Source: Dehalococcoidia bacterium
Lineage (GTDB): Bacteria; Chloroflexota; Dehalococcoidia; Lucifugimonadales; UBA2985
Assembly (NCBI GenBank): GCA_034421015.1
Contig: DAOUKT010000024.1
Coordinates: 16,404-80,403 of the forward strand
DNA: 64,000 bases
Direction: 5' to 3'
Shown: one piece after another, positions 55,537-64,000 of the stretch
How the letters are laid out: every line of letters starts with the position of its first letter
Position numbering within the stretch: the stretch's first letter is position 1
Notes under the pieces: generated by a model
What the model was told of the DNA's origin: nothing
Seen by the model: only the letters and a program-made list of their open reading frames with translations
Databases searched by the model: none
Made by a program: the position numbers and the translations under genes

Positions 55537-58347
55537 ATGACACAAGCAGAGCGGGACGCCGCCGAGATACCAAGGGCATACGACCCGTCAACCGTGGAGC
55601 AGCGCCTCTACAAGTTCTGGAAGGACGGCGGCTATTTCACGCCCGAGATAGACCCCTCCAAAGAGCCTTTCGTCATCATCATGCCTCCGCCCAACGTCAC
55701 TGGGGAGCTGCACCTGGGGCACGCCCTGGTGGGCACCCTGGAGGACATCATGACCAGGTGGCACAGGATGAAGGGGGAACCAACCCTTTGGCTGCCCGGA
55801 GCCGACCACGCAGGCATAGCAACGCAGATGGTCGTGGAGCGATCCCTGGAGCAGGAGGGCCTCACCAGGCAGTCGCTTGGAAGGGAGAAGTTCCTGGAGC
55901 GGGTGTGGCAGTGGGTCGATCTGTACGGGCACACCATAGACCGTCAGCAGGAGCGGCTGGGCGCGTCATGCGACTGGAGCCGCCGCCGTTTCACCCTGGA
56001 CGAAGGCCCCAGCAAGGCGGTGCGCACCACCTTCGCCAACCTCTTCGACAAGGGACTGATTTACCGGGGCGAGCGGATTACAAACTGGTGCCCACGCTGC
56101 TCAACGGCCCTGTCCGACCTGGAGGTGCAGCACGTGGAGGAGCAGTCCTTCCTGTACCACATCCGCTACCTCCTGGAGGAGGGAATGGGCCACGTGACGG
56201 TCGCCACCACCCGCCCGGAGACGCTGCTTGGCGACACAGGCGTCGCCGTGAACCCGGATGACGAGAGGTACAGCCACGTCAAGGGGAAGCGAGTCATGCT
56301 CCCGGTGCTGGAGCGCTACCTGCCCGTTGTCGGGGACGAGGCCGTCGACCCCTCCTTTGGCACGGGCGCGCTCAAGATTACCCCCGGTCACGATCCTGTG
56401 GACTTCGAGGTGGGCCAGCGGCACAACCTGCCCATCATCACTGCAATCAACCTGGATGGCACAATGAACCGGGAGGCCGGGCCCTACGAGGGCATGGACC
56501 GCTTCGAGTGCCGTGAAGCCATCCTCCGTGACCTGGAGAGCGACGGGCTGCTGGAGGCCATTGAGCCGTACACCCACTCCGTCGGCCGCTGCGACCGCTG
56601 CTCCGTTGTGGTGGAGCCTCTGGTGAGCAAGCAGTGGTTCGTGAGTATGGAGAGCCTGGCAAAGCCTGCTATGGACGTGGTGCTGGACGGTCGCATCAGG
56701 ATCATCCCAGACAGGTTTGCCAGGGTGTACCTCAACTGGATGGAGAACATCCGCGACTGGTGCATCAGCCGCCAGCTGTGGTGGGGGCATCGCATCCCGG
56801 CCTGGTACTGCCTCGACTGCGCAGGCGACAGCATCCAGGTGATTATGCCTGAGGCCGGAGGGGCAATCACCGGCTCCTACAACGATCTCAAGGAGCGCGG
56901 CCTCTCCTGGCAGGAGATGGAGGCCAGGGCCAGCAGCATATTCGTCGAGCTGGACGCCAGTCCCATCGTAGGCGTGGAAGCGCCGGAGTCCTGCTCGTCC
57001 TGCGACAGCGGCGTCTTTGTGCAGGACCCGGACGTGCTGGACACCTGGTTTTCGTCGGCGCTGTGGCCCCACTCCACCCTGGGCTGGCCGGATGACACCG
57101 AGGACATGCGCTACTTCCACCCCACAGCCGTGATGGAGACGGGCTACGACATCCTCTTCTTCTGGGTGGCCCGGATGATAATGATGGGGCTGGAGAACAC
57201 CGGGGACGTGCCCTTCCGGTACGTGTACCTTAATGGCATTGTCAGGGACGAGCACGGGGCCAAGATGAGCAAGACCCGGGGCAACGTCTCGGACCCCATT
57301 GACGCCCTGGAGGAGTACGGGACCGACGCCCTCCGTCTCACCCTGACCACCGGCAGCACTCCCGGCAACGACATGCGAATCAGCGCCGGCAAGCTGGGGG
57401 CCAGCAGGAACTTTGTGAACAAGGTGTGGAACGCCGCAAGGTACGTTCTCACGATAGTAGACGAGTCGCCTGCGACCCACGGCTGGCAGTCTCCCGCCCC
57501 AGAACACAGGCATGACAGGTGGATCGTCAGCCGTCTGAACCGGGTTACTTCCAGAGTGGAGCGGCACATGGAGGAGTTCCAGTTCGGCGAGGCCCAGCGA
57601 GAGGTCCACGACTTCTTCTGGAGCGAGTTCTGCGACTGGTACATCGAGATGGCGAAGCTGCGCCTGCGGGCCGGCGAGGAGCCCTCTCCCCTGCCCGTCC
57701 TGGTCCACGTCCTGGAGAAGAGCCTGCGCCTGATGCACCCCTTCATCCCCTTTGTGACGGAGGAGCTATGGCAGACCCTGAAGGAGCGGCTGCCGGAGAA
57801 GGACTCGCTGCCGGAGGCCGTCATCATCGCTCCTTACCCCGAGCCGGACGCCGCCGCGCTGGACCAGGAGTCGGAGGACGAGATCGACCTGCTGACCGGC
57901 ATCGTCAGGGCGATTCGCAACGTCAGGGCTGAGTTCAAGATACAGCCCAGCCAGCCGCTGCAGACCGTGGTCGAGCTTTCAGCGTCCAGCGCCGGCCTGG
58001 CCGAGGAGGCCCCGGCCATCAGAAGCCTTGCCAGGGCGGAGCCCCTTCTCTTCCAGGAGGAGGGCTCGCCAAGGCCGCCTGCGGACAAGACCGTATCGGC
58101 AATCCTCCAGGGAGCGACTGTCCTGGTGCCCCTGGAGGGCCTGGTGGACACCGCCGCGGAGCGGAGCCGCCTGGAGCAGGAGCTTGAGGAGTGCCTGGAG
58201 CACCTCCAGCGGCTGTCCCAGAGGTTGAACAACCCCGAGTTCACCGGCAAGGCGCCCGCGGACGTGGTGGAACGGGAGCGGGGCCGGATGGAGGGGCTGG
58301 AGGAGCGCAGGGACCGGATCCGGGAGTTCCTGGCGCAGCTGGGATAG
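55537..58347 (+). CDS. valS: Valine--tRNA ligase
   Basis: 936 aa with HIGH motif PPPNVTGELHLGH, KMSKS motif KMSKTRGN and a C-terminal coiled coil. Confidence 0.95.
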   Translation: MTQAERDAAEIPRAYDPSTVEQRLYKFWKDGGYFTPEIDPSKEPFVIIMPPPNVTGELHLGHALVGTLEDIMTRWHRMKGEPTLWLPGADHAGIATQMVVERSLEQEGLTRQSLGREKFLERVWQWVDLYGHTIDRQQERLGASCDWSRRRFTLDEGPSKAVRTTFANLFDKGLIYRGERITNWCPRCSTALSDLEVQHVEEQSFLYHIRYLLEEGMGHVTVATTRPETLLGDTGVAVNPDDERYSHVKGKRVMLPVLERYLPVVGDEAVDPSFGTGALKITPGHDPVDFEVGQRHNLPIITAINLDGTMNREAGPYEGMDRFECREAILRDLESDGLLEAIEPYTHSVGRCDRCSVVVEPLVSKQWFVSMESLAKPAMDVVLDGRIRIIPDRFARVYLNWMENIRDWCISRQLWWGHRIPAWYCLDCAGDSIQVIMPEAGGAITGSYNDLKERGLSWQEMEARASSIFVELDASPIVGVEAPESCSSCDSGVFVQDPDVLDTWFSSALWPHSTLGWPDDTEDMRYFHPTAVMETGYDILFFWVARMIMMGLENTGDVPFRYVYLNGIVRDEHGAKMSKTRGNVSDPIDALEEYGTDALRLTLTTGSTPGNDMRISAGKLGASRNFVNKVWNAARYVLTIVDESPATHGWQSPAPEHRHDRWIVSRLNRVTSRVERHMEEFQFGEAQREVHDFFWSEFCDWYIEMAKLRLRAGEEPSPLPVLVHVLEKSLRLMHPFIPFVTEELWQTLKERLPEKDSLPEAVIIAPYPEPDAAALDQESEDEIDLLTGIVRAIRNVRAEFKIQPSQPLQTVVELSASSAGLAEEAPAIRSLARAEPLLFQEEGSPRPPADKTVSAILQGATVLVPLEGLVDTAAERSRLEQELEECLEHLQRLSQRLNNPEFTGKAPADVVERERGRMEGLEERRDRIREFLAQLG

Positions 58348-58350
58348 CCC

Positions 58351-59049
58351 CTACCGGGCCATGCCCTCCTGCCGCTTCTTCTCCAGGAAGAGAATCCCCT
58401 TGCGCGTATCGCTGGCCACCCTGGCCCCCTCGCTGTGCTCCAGGCGGTATTTGAACAGCCAGTAGGTGAACTCCTTGAACTCCGTCGTGTCTATGGTCTC
58501 GCTCGGCGGATAGCCCTTCTCCTTGCGAAACATGCCCAGCAGCTCCAGCCGGCCCTGGCCGTAGACTCGACGGTATGCTATGTCGGCTACGCCTATGGGC
58601 GATTGAACGCCGCCGCTGTTCTGCCGCTTCCACTCCTCCTCCTCGACGCACTGCACAACAGCCCCTTCCACAACGACGCCGTACCAGTAGTTCAGATACG
58701 CGCTGTATTTGCTTGGCCCCAGCAGGTCCTTGAACTCGTCGCCGGTGACGGAGCCGGACACGTCGCCCGTGGCCAGCAGCCGCCTCCTGTCGTCCTCCGG
58801 CACCAGGCCGTCCACCTCCGTCAGCAGCCGATCCGCCAGCAGCAGCCAGTCGAAGGCCTCCCCCTCTAGCAGGTACTTGTTGCGCCGCTCCCTGAAGGTC
58901 TCCTCCGGTGAAGTCCAGTACGAAATCGACTCCACCAGCGCCCGGACCCAGTCCTTGCCCTCCGTAATTGACCTCTTCAGGTGGTGTATGGCCTGGGGGT
59001 CGCCCAGGATTTCCTGCCCCCTGGCGTGGCCGTCCATTGCGCCGCTCAT
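58351..59049 (-). CDS. Hypothetical protein translationally coupled to polX
   Basis: ORF 58351..59124. The ATG at 59049 overlaps the polX stop (ATGA at 59046-59049). About 232 aa, no family recognised. Confidence 0.55.
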   Translation of the reverse strand: MSGAMDGHARGQEILGDPQAIHHLKRSITEGKDWVRALVESISYWTSPEETFRERRNKYLLEGEAFDWLLLADRLLTEVDGLVPEDDRRRLLATGDVSGSVTGDEFKDLLGPSKYSAYLNYWYGVVVEGAVVQCVEEEEWKRQNSGGVQSPIGVADIAYRRVYGQGRLELLGMFRKEKGYPPSETIDTTEFKEFTYWLFKYRLEHSEGARVASDTRKGILFLEKKRQEGMAR

Positions 59050-60776
59050 CGGGTCTTCCCCCCCAGAAACCGGAGGAACTCGGACAGGGGCCTGGTGTTC
59101 ACAACGTCCCCGGCCCGGCACCACCCCCTGCGTGCCACCGCCACGCCGAACCGCATGTTGTCCATGTGCTCAAGGGCGTGGGAGTCGGTGCTGATGGCGA
59201 GGGACGCGCCAAGCTCCCTGGCCCTCAGGACGTGGGTGTCCTTCAGATCGAGCCTCTCTGGAGAGGCGTTGATCTCCAGGGCCGTGCCCGTCTCCGCGGC
59301 GGCCCGAAAGACCGCCTCCACGTCTATGTCTATAGGCTCCCTTTCTCCTATGAGGCGGGTTGTCAGGTGGCCGATGACGTTGACGTGGGGGCTGCGCATT
59401 GCCTTGATGACCCTCTCGGTCATCCTCTCGCGCTCCTGGCCCATAGCCGAGTGCACCGAGGCCACCACCACGTCCAACTCCGCCAGAATATCGTCCGGGT
59501 AGTCCAGGGAGCCGTCCGCCCGGATGTCCACCTCCGAGCCGGTCAGGACGCGGATGTCCGGCAGGCGGGCGTCCAGCGCCCGGATGCTTGCGATGTGGTT
59601 CCGCAGACGCTCCTCGCTGAGGCCGTTGGCTATGCCCCGGCCCGCAGAGTGGTCCGTAATGGCGACGTACTCGTAGCCGCGCCTTCTGGCGTCTTCGACC
59701 ATCACCTCCAGGGGCTCCCGGCCATCGCTTTCGTTGGTGTGGCAGTGGAGGTCGCCCCTTATGTCCTGCACTGTGACCAGCGCGGGCAGCGTCCCCTGAG
59801 CCGCCAAGTCCACCTCCCAGAGCCCCTCGCGGAGCTCCGGCGGCACGGGCTGCAGGCCCAGGCGGGCGTAGAAGGAGTCCTCGTCCGGGAACTGCTCCAT
59901 CTCCCCGGTCTCAATGCTGGTTATTCCGTATTCGTTCAGCGACAGTCCCATCTTCCGGGCGTAGTCCCGGAGGCGTATGTTGTGCTGCTGGCTGCCGGTG
60001 AAGTACTGGATAAGGGCGCCATAGCTCGCGTTGTCCACCATGCGAAGGTCCACCTGGAGGCCGCCGTGGACCACCACGCTGGCCTTGGTGGAGCCGTGGA
60101 CCAGGACGTCCTGAACCATTGGAAGCTCAACAAACGCGTTCAGGACCTCCTCCGGCCTCTCCGATGTGCCCATGATGTCTATGTCGCCGATGGTCTCCTG
60201 CCACCGCCTGAGGCTGCCCGCGACGCCAATCTGCTGGATGCCCGGGCACCGCTCCTTCAGGGCGCTGATCACGGCCTCGGACACCGGCAGGGCGCGGCCC
60301 AGGGGCACGCGGCTGTCCTTGGTGCGGAGGGAGCTGATGTGCCGGGCGATGTTGTCGGCAGTCTTCTTGCCAAGCCGGGGCAGGGCCGCCAGGCTGCCGT
60401 CCTCGATGGTCTGCTCCAGGGCATCGACGGTGGACACGCCAAGCTCAAGGCTTATGCGGAGCGCCGTCTTGGGGCCAATGCCGGGCACGTCCATGAGGGT
60501 CAGAATGCCCTCCGGGAACTCACCCTTCAGCCCCTCGTAGTACTCCAGGTTGCCGGTCTTGACCAGCTCCCGGATCTTCTGTGAAATCGCCTCGCCGATC
60601 CCCGGTATCTCCCGCAGGTTCTCCCCGTCCTGCACCATGCGGCTCAGCTCCACCGGCAGGTGGTCGATGGTGCGGGCGGCCCTCTGGTAAGCGCGGACGG
60701 TGAACACCGACTCCTCCTTCAGCTGGAGGAGGGCGGCTATCTTCTCGAAGACCTGGGCTATTTCGGCGTTGTTCAT
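59046..60776 (-). CDS. polX: Family X DNA polymerase with C-terminal PHP domain (PolX)
   Basis: 576 aa. The N-terminal HhH/8-kDa region is MNNAEIAQVFEKIAALL ... GIGPKTA. The PHP motif GDLHCHTNESDG follows. Confidence 0.9.
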   Translation of the reverse strand: MNNAEIAQVFEKIAALLQLKEESVFTVRAYQRAARTIDHLPVELSRMVQDGENLREIPGIGEAISQKIRELVKTGNLEYYEGLKGEFPEGILTLMDVPGIGPKTALRISLELGVSTVDALEQTIEDGSLAALPRLGKKTADNIARHISSLRTKDSRVPLGRALPVSEAVISALKERCPGIQQIGVAGSLRRWQETIGDIDIMGTSERPEEVLNAFVELPMVQDVLVHGSTKASVVVHGGLQVDLRMVDNASYGALIQYFTGSQQHNIRLRDYARKMGLSLNEYGITSIETGEMEQFPDEDSFYARLGLQPVPPELREGLWEVDLAAQGTLPALVTVQDIRGDLHCHTNESDGREPLEVMVEDARRRGYEYVAITDHSAGRGIANGLSEERLRNHIASIRALDARLPDIRVLTGSEVDIRADGSLDYPDDILAELDVVVASVHSAMGQERERMTERVIKAMRSPHVNVIGHLTTRLIGEREPIDIDVEAVFRAAAETGTALEINASPERLDLKDTHVLRARELGASLAISTDSHALEHMDNMRFGVAVARRGWCRAGDVVNTRPLSEFLRFLGGKTR

Positions 60777-60867
60777 CCGGGCTGTTCCTTAAGGAGCTCC
60801 AAACGTCGTCCCTGCGTGACCTGACGTCTTCATAATTCCGGTGTTGTCCCAAAAAGAAACGCCCCAT

Positions 60868-61030
60868 CTGTCATTCTGAGCCGAAGGCGAAGAATCCAAA
60901 GGGCTAATTGAAGACTTCGCAGCTTTGCGGGCAAAGGCTTTGGATTCTTCACTCCGCTGCGCTCCGTTCAGAATGACAGTTGTAACGCTTATTTCGGGCA
61001 CAATTCCCCGGTTATTCAAAGGTCTCCTTT
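60868..61030. repeat. Family C long imperfect palindrome (gtcattctgag...cagaatgac) with terminal ggagacctttgaataac motif
   Basis: Arms are ctgtcattctgagccgaaggcgaagaatcc (60868-60897) and ggattcttcactccgctgcgctccgttcagaatgacag (60941-60979). 61011-61030 is the reverse complement of aaaggagacctttgaataac. Confidence 0.75.
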
Positions 61031-61041
61031 AGGGCAAGTGG

Positions 61042-61416
61042 CTATTCCACCCTGAGCCGAACCGGCGTCAGGCCTCCCCTGCTGTAGAACCTGTCCATAA
61101 TGTCCTGTCCAAACTTGGCGAGGAACAGCTCCCTGATAGCAGCCCTCTCGAATTCAGAATCTTCGACCGGCTCCATAGCGACGGAGAGGGTCAGGTCGCC
61201 TATCTCCACGCTAGCTGAAGGGTTGGACTGGAGATTCCTGTACCAGTTGTTGGGCCGTCCGTCCTCAGTCGAACCGGCCAGAAGGCAGATGCAGCCGTCG
61301 CTGTACGCAAACCAAAGCTCCACCCGGCGCGGCAGCCCGGAGGTGCGGCCCGTGGTAGTGAGGTGCAGGTTGTTGGAGGTAAACAGAGGAGATTGGGTGT
61401 CGATGTGGGATGCCAT
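61042..61416 (-). CDS. Deazaflavin-dependent nitroreductase-like (DDN/PNPOx split-barrel) protein
   Basis: ORF 61042..61617, but its N-terminus overlaps secA. The ATG at 61416 gives 124 aa, with TTTGRTSGLPRRVELWF and NNWYRNLQSNP resembling the DDN family. Confidence 0.65.
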   Translation of the reverse strand: MASHIDTQSPLFTSNNLHLTTTGRTSGLPRRVELWFAYSDGCICLLAGSTEDGRPNNWYRNLQSNPSASVEIGDLTLSVAMEPVEDSEFERAAIRELFLAKFGQDIMDRFYSRGGLTPVRLRVE

Positions 61417-61432
61417 GAGAGACCCGCCCCTG

Positions 61433-64000
<2,568 letters not shown>

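Noticed and set aside
1310-61030. Possibility that the recurring hairpin repeats form a CRISPR array.
   Set aside because: The copies are kilobases apart at separate intergenic sites, occur in both orientations, and have no regular repeat-spacer periodicity. No cas genes were seen.

Overview
GC-rich bacterial chromosomal segment. Thr/Pro-rich lipoprotein linkers, an auracyanin-like cupredoxin, hpnCDE and a T-box leader suggest Chloroflexota, but that assignment is inference only. No rRNA, tRNA, CRISPR array, integrase or transposase was recognised. Most of the window is housekeeping or energy metabolism. It holds a 5'-partial ammonium transporter, a T-box-controlled ilvB-ilvN-ilvC-(insert)-leuA operon, glyQS, valS, a partial secA, dnaN and polX. 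It also holds a complete caa3-type cytochrome c oxidase cluster (ctaC-ctaD-ctaE-coxIV::cupredoxin-ctaG, then ctaA-ctaB-sco) and a squalene cluster (polyprenyl synthase, hpnC, hpnD, hpnE). Three multi-gene systems stand out. (1) A tightly coupled five-gene minus-strand operon combines a partner-switching set (STAS, REC-PP2C, RsbW-like kinase) with a periplasmic binding protein and a HAMP histidine kinase, and has no sigma factor. (2) There is a circularly permuted ATP-grasp / transglutaminase / short alpha-E cluster. (3) An accessory stretch around glyQS (about 18.8-26.9 kb) carries an sbcD with no sbcC, HicA-HicB plus an extra HicB paralogue, and an orphan DUF2283 gene. It also carries an AIPR-type abortive-infection gene and an HNH::DGQHR (DndB/ParB-like) fusion, each in a visibly lower-GC islet. 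The HNH::DGQHR fusion is my best candidate for an undescribed single-gene defence nuclease. Intergenic DNA holds at least four families of dispersed palindromic (MITE/REP-like) repeats, and reading through them creates spurious ORFs. All calls rest on reading motifs in the supplied translations and the DNA. No searches or computations were run.
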